Positions 18,064 through 27,320 of a DNA stretch of 32,000 nucleotides are shown here, piece by piece. The stretch's first letter is position 1; each line of letters starts with the position of its first letter. The notes below the pieces were generated by a model, which was not told the origin of the DNA, did no database searches, and was given only the letters and a program-made list of their open reading frames with translations. Origin of the DNA: Nostoc punctiforme PCC 73102 (GTDB lineage: Bacteria > Cyanobacteriota > Cyanobacteriia > Cyanobacteriales > Nostocaceae); NCBI RefSeq assembly GCF_000020025.1, contig NC_010628.1, positions 6,930,001 to 6,962,000 of the forward strand. Direction: 5' to 3'. Made by a program: the position numbers and the translations under genes.

Positions 18064-18456
18064 TTATCTGCGCTCAGGGTATTAGCTTTACATAAATGTT
18101 AACACAAATACACCCTGCTAGGAGATGAGAATAAATTATACTTTCGGCAGAATTCGGCAATTAATATATAACTTAAGAGTTATCAGTGAAGAGTTAGCAG
18201 TTTTTAAGTAAAACTTCTTACTTTAAAATAATAATTTTACGTAGATTAATGTAAATAACACAGCAAAAAGCCGAGCCATAAGATTTACCTCTAACTCCTT
18301 ACTCATAAATCTTAACTTTTAGTTTATTACTGCAACATCTTGTATCACTTCCAATATGAAGGTTAAACTTCCTAGTTAATCTGATCTCGCTTTTAGGAGC
18401 GTGTATAGATAGATAACTTGAAAGTTTAGCCGTGGTGGGATAGGAGTCAGTACATA

Positions 18457-19644
18457 ATGTTAAGTCGCAAAGAAATCCCTGGTGTAGTTCCTAATCAGCA
18501 GTGCGACACCTACGCGTGGTTTTCGCAACGAGCTTGGGTAGAAATTGATTTGGGGGCGTTGTCGTACAATGTACAGCAATTGGTGCAGTTTTTATCGCCG
18601 CGTACCCAGTTGATGGCAGTAGTAAAAGCTGATGCTTATGGACATGGAGCGCTAACAGTCGCCCAAACTGTAATTCAATCAGGAGCTAGTTGGCTGGGAG
18701 TCGCTACAGTTCCAGAAGCTATTCAATTGCGAGAAGGCGGGATTGAAGCGCCCATTTTGATTTTAGGAGCAACTCATACACCAGAACAGATTCATGCGAT
18801 CGCACAATGGAATCTTCAGCCCACACTCTGTAGCCCTAAACAAGCTTTGGTATTTTCTAATATCCTGGAATCCATGAATCATGGTTCGCCAGTGCCCGTA
18901 CACATCAAATTAGACACGGGTATGTCTAGGTTAGGAACTAATTGGCAGCAAGCTGGTGAATTTGTGCAATTAGTGCAGCGCTTACCACATCTATCCATTG
19001 CCAGTATTTATTCTCATTTGGCAACAGCAGACGATCCTGATACAACGGCAATGGAAGAACAGCATAGACGATTTGAGGAAGCGATCGCTCAAATCAAAGC
19101 AATGGAAATTGAAGCGCCTTGCTTGCACTTGGCAAACTCAGCAGCTGCACTCACAGATCCGGCATTGCATTACGATATTGTACGTGTAGGTTTAGCCGTT
19201 TACGGACTTTACCCAGCACCGCATTTACAAAATGCGATCGATCTCAAGCCCGTTTTGCAACTTAAAGCACGAGTCACCCAAGTTAAAACAATTGCGGCAG
19301 GAACTGCTGTTAGCTACGGGCATAAATTTATTGCCCCGCGTGAACTTCGCCTCGCTGTTGTCGGAATTGGTTATGCTGATGGCGTTCCTCGTAGTCTTTC
19401 TAACAAAATGCAGGCGTTAATTCACGGTCAGAGAGTGTCGCAAATCGGCACAATTACAATGGATCAGTTGATGCTGGATGTAAGTGCCATACCCAATATC
19501 CAAGAAGGAGAAGTAGTCACCTTACTAGGAAAGCAGGGAAAAGAACAAATTTCCGCAGACGATTGGGCAGAACAACTAAACACTATTTCTTGGGAAATTC
19601 TCTGCGGGTTCAAGCATCGTCTGCCTCGTGTTGCAGTCATGTAA
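18457..19644 (+). CDS. alr: Alanine racemase
   Basis: 395 aa with the PLP-lysine motif AVVKADAYGHG, VGIGYADG and a family-typical C-terminus. Confidence 0.93.
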   Translation: MLSRKEIPGVVPNQQCDTYAWFSQRAWVEIDLGALSYNVQQLVQFLSPRTQLMAVVKADAYGHGALTVAQTVIQSGASWLGVATVPEAIQLREGGIEAPILILGATHTPEQIHAIAQWNLQPTLCSPKQALVFSNILESMNHGSPVPVHIKLDTGMSRLGTNWQQAGEFVQLVQRLPHLSIASIYSHLATADDPDTTAMEEQHRRFEEAIAQIKAMEIEAPCLHLANSAAALTDPALHYDIVRVGLAVYGLYPAPHLQNAIDLKPVLQLKARVTQVKTIAAGTAVSYGHKFIAPRELRLAVVGIGYADGVPRSLSNKMQALIHGQRVSQIGTITMDQLMLDVSAIPNIQEGEVVTLLGKQGKEQISADDWAEQLNTISWEILCGFKHRLPRVAVM

Positions 19645-19651
19645 TTGGGTA

Positions 19652-19757
19652 TGGAGAAGAGACAAGGGAGACAAGAAAGAGAGGGGAGACAATGGAGAGA
19701 GAGCTTGTTCAATAATTCCCCCTTGTCCCCCTGCTCCCCTGCCCCCTGCTTCTTCCT
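19652..19757. repeat. G-rich/C-rich STRR-like element downstream of alr
   Basis: ggagaagagacaagggagacaag...ggggagacaatggagagagag is followed by cccccttgtccccctgctcccctgccccctgcttcttcctc. The two halves are partly complementary. Confidence 0.5.
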
Positions 19758-19766
19758 CATTCCCTA

Positions 19767-19795
19767 TTCCCAAAAATAATTTCTTATGGTATGAT
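19767..19795 (+). promoter_or_regulatory. Candidate sigma-70 promoter for tRNA-Leu
   Basis: A -35-like TTCCCA (19767-19772), a 17-bp spacer, and an extended -10 TGgTATGAT (19787-19795). The mature tRNA 5' end is 12 nt downstream. Confidence 0.35.
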
Positions 19796-19806
19796 AGTAA
19801 ACTGAT

Positions 19807-19888
19807 GCGGATATGGCGGAATTGGCAGACGCGCTAGATTTAGGTTCTAGTTCCGAAAGGAGTGAAGGTTCAAGTCCTTTTATCCGCA
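19807..19888 (+). tRNA. tRNA-Leu (anticodon UAG), type II with a long variable arm; CCA is not encoded
   Basis: Hand-folded cloverleaf: acceptor GCGGATA/TATCCGC plus discriminator A; D stem GCG/CGC; anticodon stem CTAGA/TCTAG with loop TTTAGGT; variable arm TCC-GAAA-GGA; T arm GAAGG-TTCAAGT-CCTTT. Confidence 0.93.
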
Positions 19889-20288
19889 TTTTTAATTTCC
19901 AAAAACTGCATAAGCTAATAGGCTAGGCAGCAAATGAATTAATTAATCGTCAACTGCAAGCATGAGAATCAGTAGAGCTGAACTTTGCTGTTGTAAAGAA
20001 ATTATTGTCTGCATTTTTTAACTTTGCGATCGCACCTTCTTCCTTCTCTGCGCGAACGCGGTTCGTTCTCTTATCTCTCAAATTTATTTAATGGGACAGA
20101 CCACTAGGGTATAACCCATTTCAGGTTAGGTTTTGAACGTTATAAATTTTCAAAAATCAAATATGCATCCTAATATTAGTTACTTTTGTAACTATTTCAA
20201 CATGACTTTGTATACAGGCGTATACCTGATTATTCCGATTACATTGAGGATGTACAAATCAAGTAACGCAAGGCAGATTAAAGGATAT

Positions 20289-20609
20289 ATGAACCGCTTT
20301 AAATCTATTCTTCTTGGAGGCTTATTAGCAGCGGCTTCAATTGCTGCTATTTCTCAAAATGCTAATGCTGCTGAATTTAAATCCGATCGCGATCGTTTTA
20401 ATGGTAATACTGTAGCTTTTAATAACAGTAAAGTCCAACACGAACGTCAAATTCGTGAACAACGCGCTCGTGAATTACGTGAGCGCCAAGCTCGTGAATT
20501 GCGTGAACGTCAAGCTCGTGAACAACGCGCTCGTGAATTGCGTGAGCGCCAAGCTCGTGAACAACACGCTCGCGAACTGCGTGAACGTCAAGCGAGACTT
20601 CATCACTAA
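20289..20609 (+). CDS. Small secreted protein with Arg/Glu-rich RELRERQA / REQRA repeats
   Basis: Internal ATG of track ORF 20133..20609, preceded by AAGGA. The N-terminus MNRFKSILLGGLLAAASIAAISQNANA looks like a Sec signal peptide ending in an AxA site. A strong terminator follows. Confidence 0.65.
   Translation: MNRFKSILLGGLLAAASIAAISQNANAAEFKSDRDRFNGNTVAFNNSKVQHERQIREQRARELRERQARELRERQAREQRARELRERQAREQHARELRERQARLHH
20454..20594 (+). repeat. In-frame mosaic tandem repeat (15-nt and 24-nt units) inside the small secreted protein gene
   Basis: The units run in the order 15-24-24-15-24-15-24 nt. The 15-nt unit is cgtgaacaacgcgct and the 24-nt unit is cgtgaattRcgtgaRcgYcaagct. They encode REQRA and RELRERQA. 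Confidence 0.85.
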
Positions 20610-20642
20610 GAAAATAAATTTTAACTCACTCATATTATGTTG

Positions 20643-20669
20643 GGAGAGTATTGCTACTCTCCTTTTTTT
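20643..20669 (+). terminator. Rho-independent terminator
   Basis: Perfect 8-bp stem ggagagta / tactctcc, loop ttgc, followed by TTTTTTT. Confidence 0.78.
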
Positions 20670-20686
20670 GCATAAATATACTCAAA

Positions 20687-21382
20687 TTAATGGCCGAATT
20701 CAGCTAAATCTGAGGTGATGAGTTTTTCAATTAGTTCTATAACACCATCTCCCCGGCTACCATTAGTCACAAAATCCACATGCTCTTTGAGCGCTGGCAC
20801 AGCATTAGTAACTGCTACTGAACAACCACAAAAATTGAGGAAATCATGGTCATTTTCTGCATCACCAATACCGATTACATTTTCAGGTGATAACTGCATC
20901 TCAGCCAAAGCTGCAGCTAAACCTGTGGCTTTGTTAATTCCTGAGGGTAGCACCATCACCGCACCTTTATTCAATATGACTTGTAATTCTAATCCCATAT
21001 CGCGAATAGTTTCTAAAACTATGCTTTCTTGGGGATGCCAAGTGGCAACAATTACACGACCAACTGACAGAGACTTAACTTGGCGATGGCGCAATGCGTT
21101 AATAAATTCTGCTGATGGTTGCGAACCTAATAATTTCTCCTGACGGGTAGCTGGTGAGTACAGCAAAGCGCCGTTTTCTGCCACTACATAATCAAATAAA
21201 TCTACTTGTACAAAAACTTGCAGCAATTCATCTAGCTGTCTGCCTGTCACCAAGATAAGTTTGTAACCAGAACTTCGCAGACGTGAAAGTGCTGCCAAAG
21301 TCTTTTCATTTACATGATTATCAGTTGCTAGTGTACCGTCGTAATCAGTGGCTAATACAGAATAACGCATAATGTTACTCAA
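20687..21382 (-). CDS. HAD-superfamily hydrolase, subfamily IIB (Cof-like phosphatase)
   Basis: 231 aa with motif I (ATDYDGTLA), a TGR motif (LVTGRQ) and motif IV (GDAENDHDFL). Confidence 0.85.
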   Translation of the reverse strand: MSNIMRYSVLATDYDGTLATDNHVNEKTLAALSRLRSSGYKLILVTGRQLDELLQVFVQVDLFDYVVAENGALLYSPATRQEKLLGSQPSAEFINALRHRQVKSLSVGRVIVATWHPQESIVLETIRDMGLELQVILNKGAVMVLPSGINKATGLAAALAEMQLSPENVIGIGDAENDHDFLNFCGCSVAVTNAVPALKEHVDFVTNGSRGDGVIELIEKLITSDLAEFGH

Positions 21383-21560
21383 TTTCTTTGGCTGTTAAAC
21401 GAAACTTTTCTCATTGTGAGGAATGCCTGCACTAGCTGCCAATGGTTCTACCATTGGAGCAATTAATCAATTTCCTTTAGTGTAAAGATAAGCATTTAAT
21501 AGTTTTTTACCAGTAAATAAATACACAAATCATTCAGCAATTATACATCTAATGCCTAAT

Positions 21561-21653
21561 GTAGAGATGTGGCGATGTCTACGATGGTCACTGAGCTTGT
21601 CGTACCACTTCGTGGAAGCAAGCTACGCGCAGCGTCTCGTAGAGAAGTGCGGG
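21561..21653 (+). repeat. Dispersed intergenic repeat, copy A: GTAGAGA...TCTAC hairpin module plus a 68-bp core
   Basis: Hairpin module gtagagatgtggcgatgtctac (21561-21582). The core at 21586-21653 is the exact reverse complement of 30515-30582. Confidence 0.85.
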
Positions 21654-21807
21654 CTACGCCTACGCGCTTAACATCCACAGTACGAATAAACTAGCGATCG
21701 CGCAAATTTTTTGAACAAACAGAAAAACTCATCTGGAGACTTGATTAATTTCATATCTTTTTCTGGTCTAGTCATTAAATGTTGTGAATTATGTTTTATT
21801 TTTGTCA

Positions 21808-22005
21808 AATAAAACCAGTATTATCCCTGTAGGCATAACAGAGCTATTTAATTAAAAGTGACTTTATTTAGTACTTGTATGCTTATAAACTCGATTTTGC
21901 TTAAGTGTAAATACAGAAGTTCAAATATATTATTTTAATAAAATCAGTATTATTCCTGTGGTCAGATTGGGGTTACTCAATGGAAAGTGGCTTCATCTAG
22001 TCTTG
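21808..22005 (+). repeat. Two ~70-nt direct repeats, 129 nt apart, in the long leader upstream of the taxis operon
   Basis: Copy 1 (21808-21877) is aataaaaccagtattatccctgtagg...agtgactttatttagtacttg. Copy 2 (21937-22005) is aataaaatcagtattattcctgtgg...agtggcttcatctagtcttg. Hand alignment gives roughly 65-70% identity. Confidence 0.5.
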
Positions 22006-22262
22006 ACATTTTTATGTCTTATTCTCCAAAAATGTCTGTAAATCTCAGTAAGAGGAAGTAAATTAATAATAATTTACGAATTTGCTGAGATTTGATCGTT
22101 TGAAAATAACGCTGTTTTCGTTGAGTTTCACCACAAACACTAAATATAAACTTATGTACTTTAAAATACAAAAGTTTGATGCTTTTTACTTGATTTCAAT
22201 TGTGGAATAACTCTATACGAATTTAGCTTACACGTATCGAATTTAGCTGAAGTAAAAGCAAA

Positions 22263-23330
22263 ATGAGCACAACTCCTATAGGTAGCTACAGGTTGTTCCA
22301 GAAACTACATCCGCTATCTCTGTTGGCACAATTAACCAGTCGGCGTGCTACAGGGTGCTTAAGCATATTTACTGGAATAGTTTCTTGGTCAATTTATCTA
22401 GAGGACGGTAAACTTACTTATGCCTCCTATTCAGATAAACTGTTTGAGCGGCTTGACAGTCACTTACGACGCTTAAGCCAGCAGATTCCTGCTCTCAACA
22501 GCGCCACTCGCGTGCAAATGCGGCTGATGTTTGAGACGAAGGATGAACATCAATCAATACCTAATGCGGATTACCAAGCTATTTGTTGGTTAGTAAATCA
22601 GGATTATATTACTTCTGTGCAAGCAGCAAGCCTGATAGACGAATTGGCAAAAGAAGTACTGGAATCATTTCTGTGTTTAAAAGAAGGTAGCTATGAATTC
22701 AGCCCGGAAAGCTTTTTGGATGAACTACCAAAGTTCTGTCGCCTGGATTTACGGTTACTTGTTGAACACTGTCAAAAACAGTTAAGAAATCGGCAAAATA
22801 TCCAGTCATCAATTCCATCTGGTGCTGGTTCCCAAGTTTTATCCAAAATACAACCGTCTCAAATTCAGCCACAGCTACAAATAAAACTTGGGCAAAAATT
22901 GCCGATACCAATCAATTTTGATATTCCTGAAAATAATAAAACTAATCAGCTACCTGCTGGCAAAAGACTATATACAATTGCCTGTATTGATGATAGCCAA
23001 ACAGTTTTGAATTCTATTAAACACTTTTTGGATGAAAACACATTTTCTGTTGTGACGATCAACGATCCAGTGAAGGCTTTAATGCAAATTTTGCGGAGTA
23101 AGCCCGATCTGATTTTGCTAGATGTTGAGATGCCAAGTTTAGATGGTTATGAGCTATGTTCCTTATTACGAAAACATTCAGCATTTAAGCATATACCTAT
23201 CATTATGGTGACTGGTAGAACAGGATTTATCGACAGAGCAAAAGCGAAAATGGTCAGATCGTCAGGATATTTGACTAAGCCTTTTACACAATCAGAATTG
23301 CTAAAAATGGTTTTTAAATATCTTGGTTAA
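22263..23330 (+). CDS. PatA-type response regulator (N-terminal PATAN/DUF4388 domain plus C-terminal REC); PilG/PixG/HmpA-like
   Basis: 355 aa. The N-terminus TGCLSIFTGIVSWSIYLEDGKLTYASYS is PATAN-like. The C-terminal receiver has DDS...LILLDVEMPSLDG...TKP. It is the first gene of the taxis cluster. Confidence 0.88.
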   Translation: MSTTPIGSYRLFQKLHPLSLLAQLTSRRATGCLSIFTGIVSWSIYLEDGKLTYASYSDKLFERLDSHLRRLSQQIPALNSATRVQMRLMFETKDEHQSIPNADYQAICWLVNQDYITSVQAASLIDELAKEVLESFLCLKEGSYEFSPESFLDELPKFCRLDLRLLVEHCQKQLRNRQNIQSSIPSGAGSQVLSKIQPSQIQPQLQIKLGQKLPIPINFDIPENNKTNQLPAGKRLYTIACIDDSQTVLNSIKHFLDENTFSVVTINDPVKALMQILRSKPDLILLDVEMPSLDGYELCSLLRKHSAFKHIPIIMVTGRTGFIDRAKAKMVRSSGYLTKPFTQSELLKMVFKYLG

Positions 23331-23398
23331 TTTTAGTAGCAACCAATAACTATAACCAAATTTAATCGCCTTAAGTTATTTTTTAGGAGATTTATATA

Positions 23399-23776
23399 GT
23401 GAGTCTGACTTTACTTGGCACAATTCTGATTGTAGAAGATTCTCCCAGTGAATTGGAACTAATGAGTCATTATCTCAAAGAGAGTGGTTACAACGTAATT
23501 AAAGCAAGTGGTGCAAAAGAAGGTTTAGAAAAAGCTGTGTTAGAAAAACCAGATGCGATCGTTACTGATGTAGTAATGCCAGAAATGAGCGGATTTGAAT
23601 TGTGTCGTTCTCTGAGGAGAAATCCGATTACTGCAAAAGTGCCGATTGTGATTTGTAGTTCCAAAAATCAAGAGATTGACCGTTTATGGGCGATGAGACA
23701 AGGTGCAGATGCCTACATAACTAAACCTTACACCCGCGAACATCTCCTACGTACTATTAAATCAGTGGTAATTTGA
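23399..23776 (+). CDS. CheY-like single-domain response regulator (PilH/PixH/HmpB-like)
   Basis: 125 aa with a GTG start preceded by AGGAG. Receiver motifs: EDS, DAIVTDVVMPEMSG, ITKP. Confidence 0.9.
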   Translation: MSLTLLGTILIVEDSPSELELMSHYLKESGYNVIKASGAKEGLEKAVLEKPDAIVTDVVMPEMSGFELCRSLRRNPITAKVPIVICSSKNQEIDRLWAMRQGADAYITKPYTREHLLRTIKSVVI

Positions 23777-23780
23777 ATCA

Positions 23781-24278
23781 ATGACCAGTACAAACATTAC
23801 ACTTCCTTTAAAACCAAATCAAAATAATTTAGCAGACAGTTATCTAAAGTTTCAGCTCAATCAACAGACTGCTGCTGTTTTATCAATGAAGCATACGCAA
23901 GAAGCAATTCTTGTGCCTATTGAATCTGTAACCTCAATGCCTAATATGCCCACCTGCATATTAGGATTAATGAATTGGCGGAGTCGGATCATTTGGGTAG
24001 TTGATTTGCCAAGAATGCTCAATTTAGAATCTCTCGATTATCGACTGCGGCAATACAGTACAATCGTTATCCAAGTTGAATCATTAGTGCTAGGTTTAGT
24101 TGTGCAAGAAATAAAAGGTACAACTAAGTTCATTGCTGATGAGATTCATTCTCCTATAGGACAGGTGGCATCCAGTCTAGTTCCTTATTTATGTGGCTGC
24201 GTTGTCCAACAAGAAGAAATCTTGCTGGTATTAGATGCACAGGCAATTGGGCAGTCTTCTATTCTCCGCAGTGATTAA
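23781..24278 (+). CDS. CheW-like coupling protein (PilI/PixI/HmpC-like)
   Basis: 165 aa, starting 4 nt after the CheY-like stop. The pattern is CheW-like (ILGLMNWRSRIIWVVDL ... LVLGLVVQEI). Confidence 0.9.
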   Translation: MTSTNITLPLKPNQNNLADSYLKFQLNQQTAAVLSMKHTQEAILVPIESVTSMPNMPTCILGLMNWRSRIIWVVDLPRMLNLESLDYRLRQYSTIVIQVESLVLGLVVQEIKGTTKFIADEIHSPIGQVASSLVPYLCGCVVQQEEILLVLDAQAIGQSSILRSD

Positions 24279-24338
24279 AATGTACTACTAAAAAGGATTT
24301 TTAGTGTTCTTATTCACATAGTTAGGAGAACTATTTTT

Positions 24339-27161
24339 ATGTTTAATAAAACCAACACAAATCAAGGTAGCAGCGCTCAAAATAGAGCATCGCTGATTTC
24401 ATCCCAAAAAATAGCTGGTGGTGTCATAAAACTACCAACTAAGAATACTAGCGGAACGGCTAATAATTCTTCGTTAAACCAGGCTTTTGCCTTTTTTACA
24501 AAACTTGGATTGGCTAAGAAAGCGACTATTTTAGCGATCGCAATCGGTACAATACCAGTATTGGGCATTGGTGCGATCGCTTTTACTTTTGCCAACAAGT
24601 CCATTACTAAGCAAATTACCCAGTCTCAACAAGCTGAAGCAACTGGTTTAAGTGATAAAATTAACCGCTTCATGTTGGGACGCTACGGAGATATTCAGGT
24701 AATATCAAGTTTGCCTTTTTTGACAAGTTCCCAAGGTAGTACCAGCAATTCACAAAAACAAGCAATCCTAGATCGAATTGTCGAAGCCTACAAAGCTTAT
24801 GACAGCGTTGCTGTTTTTGATCGTCAAGGTAACTTGATTGTCCAATCTACAGGCGAACCCCTGGACAATCAAAAAGACCTTGCCTACTTTCAAGACGCTT
24901 TACAAAAAGATACTCCTATCATCAGTAAACCGGAAGCAGTAAAGAATACTGGTGTAGTGAGTATTTATATAGCTGCACCTGTGAAAGAGAAAAGGACGGA
25001 CAAAACCATTGGCGTGGTAAGAGCGCGGCTACCTGTAACATCCTTAGAAGAAGTCATCAAAAACTACGTAACCAATGGACAACAATACCAGTTGCTTGAT
25101 GCTTCAGGAACAGTTTTCTTGAGTCCCCAAAAGAGATTATTTGGGAAAGAGGCAAAGGGAGAGTATGCTAATTTACCTAAACTGCTGACAGCAAACAAGG
25201 TAGATAGTTTTATAGATGTTCCTAAAACTGACAAAAAACAAAAATTAGTCAGCTACGTACCAGCCACCAAGCTAGATGGCTTACCTGATTTAAACTGGCA
25301 AGTACTTTTGTCCACAGACACTGCAACTGTATTTGAGCCGCAAAGACAATTGTTGTGGACTATAGCCGTCGGTACAGCACTGACAGCATTGATTGTGGGT
25401 GCGATCGCATCTTGGTTAGCTAAACTTACTACACTGCCAATTCTCAATGCAACTGCGGCATTAACAAAGCTTGGTCAAGGTAAATTCAATACCCGTGTGG
25501 AAATCGAAAGAGAAGACGAATTAGGGGTATTGAGTGCAAATATCAACCTGATGGCCGAACAATTGCAGGTCTTAGTTAAAGAACAGGAAGTAGACGTTGA
25601 AGGGGCAAAATTACTAGCAGATATTACCCTACGAATTCGGAGAAGTCTGAAAACTGAAGATATTTATCACGCAGCAGTGAAAGAAGTTCAGCAAGTTCTA
25701 AAAACAGACCGAGTAATAATTTATAGCCTGAATCCAGATAATCGGGATGGCGTTGTTGTTGCGGAATCGGTAACTGGTAATTGGCCGGAAATGCTCGGAG
25801 TGAAAATCGACGATCCTTATTTTCGGGAAAGTTATATAGAAACCGAGCGCGATGGACAGGTGCAAGCAGTTGCAAATATTCATCAAGACCAAAGCCTGAA
25901 AAATGCCAGCAGTTACATTCAACTATTAGAAAAATTTGCCGTCAAAGGTAATTTGGTTGTACCAATTCTTGCTCAGGAAAAACTTTTAGGCTTATTAATT
26001 GCTCATCATTGCGAAACTGTGCGTGTTTGGCAACAGCCGGAAATTGACTTATTTCAACAGATAGCAACTCAAGTCGGCTATGCCTTAGAACAAGCCAAGT
26101 TATTAGAGGAGATTGAACAAGTTAGGAATGTTGGAATCACCGATTCTGACGATGAACGGCATCAAAAAGAAACGCTGCAACAACAACTTTTAGAACTACT
26201 CAACGATGTAGAAGGTGCAGCCAGAGGCGACTTGACAGTACGTGCAGACGTGACGGCTGGAGAAATCGGCACTGTTGCCGACTTTTTCAACTCAATTGTC
26301 GAAAGTCTCCGCGATATTGTTACCCAAGTTCAAAAAGCTGCCACCCACGTTAATACTGCCATTGGCTCTAACGAAGGAGCAATGCGCCATTTAGCAGAAG
26401 AAGCACTTACGCAAGCTGCCGAAATCAACCGCACCCTAGATGCTGTTGACCAAATGACCCAATCCATGAAAGCGGTAGCCGAAAGCGCCGAAAAAGCTGC
26501 TTTCGTTGCCAATCATGCGGCTAACACTGCTACCAAGAGTGGACACGCGATGGATTTAACAGTACAAAATATCCTGTCTTTACGGGAAACTGTGGGTGAA
26601 ACTGCTAAGAAAGTGAAACGTTTGGGAGAATCTTCGCAACAAATTTCCCGCGTGGTTTCCTTGATTAATCAAATAGCTATTCAAACTAACTTACTAGCGA
26701 TTAACGCCGGCATTGAAGCAGCGCGTGCGGGTGAAGAAGGTCAAGGTTTTGCCGTAGTTGCTGAAGAAGTTGGCGAATTAGCAGTCAGGAGTGCCGCAGC
26801 AACCCAAGAAATTGAACAAATTGTTGAAAATATCCAACGAGAAACCAGTGAAGTGGTGCAGGCGATGGAAATAGGCACTACCCAAGTGGTAGAAGGGACT
26901 CTAATTGTGGAGGAGGCTAAACAAAGCCTGAGTGAAATTTTGGATGTATCGCGTCAAATTGACTCCTTAGTACAGTCGATTTCCACTGCAACTGCATCTC
27001 AAGTTGAAACATCACAAAGTGTTAGCCAATTGATGAAAGATATTGCTGCTATATCACAACGCACCAGCGATTCTTCTCATCAAGTTTCCGAATCTCTGCA
27101 ACAAACTGTAGAGATTTCTCAACAGTTACAAGAGACTGTTGAGGCTTTCAAAGTTAGTTAA
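24339..27161 (+). CDS. Methyl-accepting chemotaxis protein: TM1, periplasmic Cache-like domain, TM2, HAMP, GAF, MCP signalling domain (PilJ/HmpD-like)
   Basis: 940 aa. The TM helices are at about aa 62-84 and 338-361. HAMP is at about aa 362-412 and GAF at about aa 425-590. The signalling hairpin tip is [41 protein letters not shown]. Confidence 0.93.
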   Translation: MFNKTNTNQGSSAQNRASLISSQKIAGGVIKLPTKNTSGTANNSSLNQAFAFFTKLGLAKKATILAIAIGTIPVLGIGAIAFTFANKSITKQITQSQQAEATGLSDKINRFMLGRYGDIQVISSLPFLTSSQGSTSNSQKQAILDRIVEAYKAYDSVAVFDRQGNLIVQSTGEPLDNQKDLAYFQDALQKDTPIISKPEAVKNTGVVSIYIAAPVKEKRTDKTIGVVRARLPVTSLEEVIKNYVTNGQQYQLLDASGTVFLSPQKRLFGKEAKGEYANLPKLLTANKVDSFIDVPKTDKKQKLVSYVPATKLDGLPDLNWQVLLSTDTATVFEPQRQLLWTIAVGTALTALIVGAIASWLAKLTTLPILNATAALTKLGQGKFNTRVEIEREDELGVLSANINLMAEQLQVLVKEQEVDVEGAKLLADITLRIRRSLKTEDIYHAAVKEVQQVLKTDRVIIYSLNPDNRDGVVVAESVTGNWPEMLGVKIDDPYFRESYIETERDGQVQAVANIHQDQSLKNASSYIQLLEKFAVKGNLVVPILAQEKLLGLLIAHHCETVRVWQQPEIDLFQQIATQVGYALEQAKLLEEIEQVRNVGITDSDDERHQKETLQQQLLELLNDVEGAARGDLTVRADVTAGEIGTVADFFNSIVESLRDIVTQVQKAATHVNTAIGSNEGAMRHLAEEALTQAAEINRTLDAVDQMTQSMKAVAESAEKAAFVANHAANTATKSGHAMDLTVQNILSLRETVGETAKKVKRLGESSQQISRVVSLINQIAIQTNLLAINAGIEAARAGEEGQGFAVVAEEVGELAVRSAAATQEIEQIVENIQRETSEVVQAMEIGTTQVVEGTLIVEEAKQSLSEILDVSRQIDSLVQSISTATASQVETSQSVSQLMKDIAAISQRTSDSSHQVSESLQQTVEISQQLQETVEAFKVS

Positions 27162-27162
27162 G

Positions 27163-27320
27163 TTTGTCATTTGTCCGTTGTCCGTTGTCATTTGTCCATT
27201 GTCCGTTGTCATTTGTTTGTTGTCATTTTACTAATGACCAATGACCAATGACCAATGACCAATGACCAATGACCAATGACTAATGACCAATGACTAATGA
27301 CCAATAACTAAGGACAAAAA
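27163..27320. repeat. STRR composite between the MCP and CheA genes: (TTGTCAT/TTGTCCG)n followed by (AATGACC/AATGACT)n
   Basis: Direct reading. The element is the inverted counterpart of the one at 9100-9238 (ttttgtccttagt-cattggtcatt...). The two halves are partly self-complementary, with about one mismatch per heptamer. Confidence 0.9.

Noticed and set aside
19889-20288. Integrated element at the tRNA-Leu 3' end.
   Set aside because: There is no integrase. I found no direct repeat of the tRNA 3' end (ttcaagtcc...tatccgca) downstream. The following genes look like ordinary host genes containing HIP1 sites.
20133-20288. N-terminal 52-aa extension of the repeat protein, as called by the ORF track (start 20133).
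   Set aside because: The extension (MNVINFQKSNMHPNISYFCNYFN...) is AT-rich leader-like sequence. The internal ATG 20289 has an AAGGA RBS and begins a canonical signal peptide.
22003-22031. Consensus -35 hexamer TTGACA (22003-22008) as the taxis operon promoter.
   Set aside because: No acceptable -10 hexamer lies 16-18 bp downstream: ccaaaa is at the 17-bp position, and tattct is only 11 bp away. The promoter cannot be called from sequence alone.
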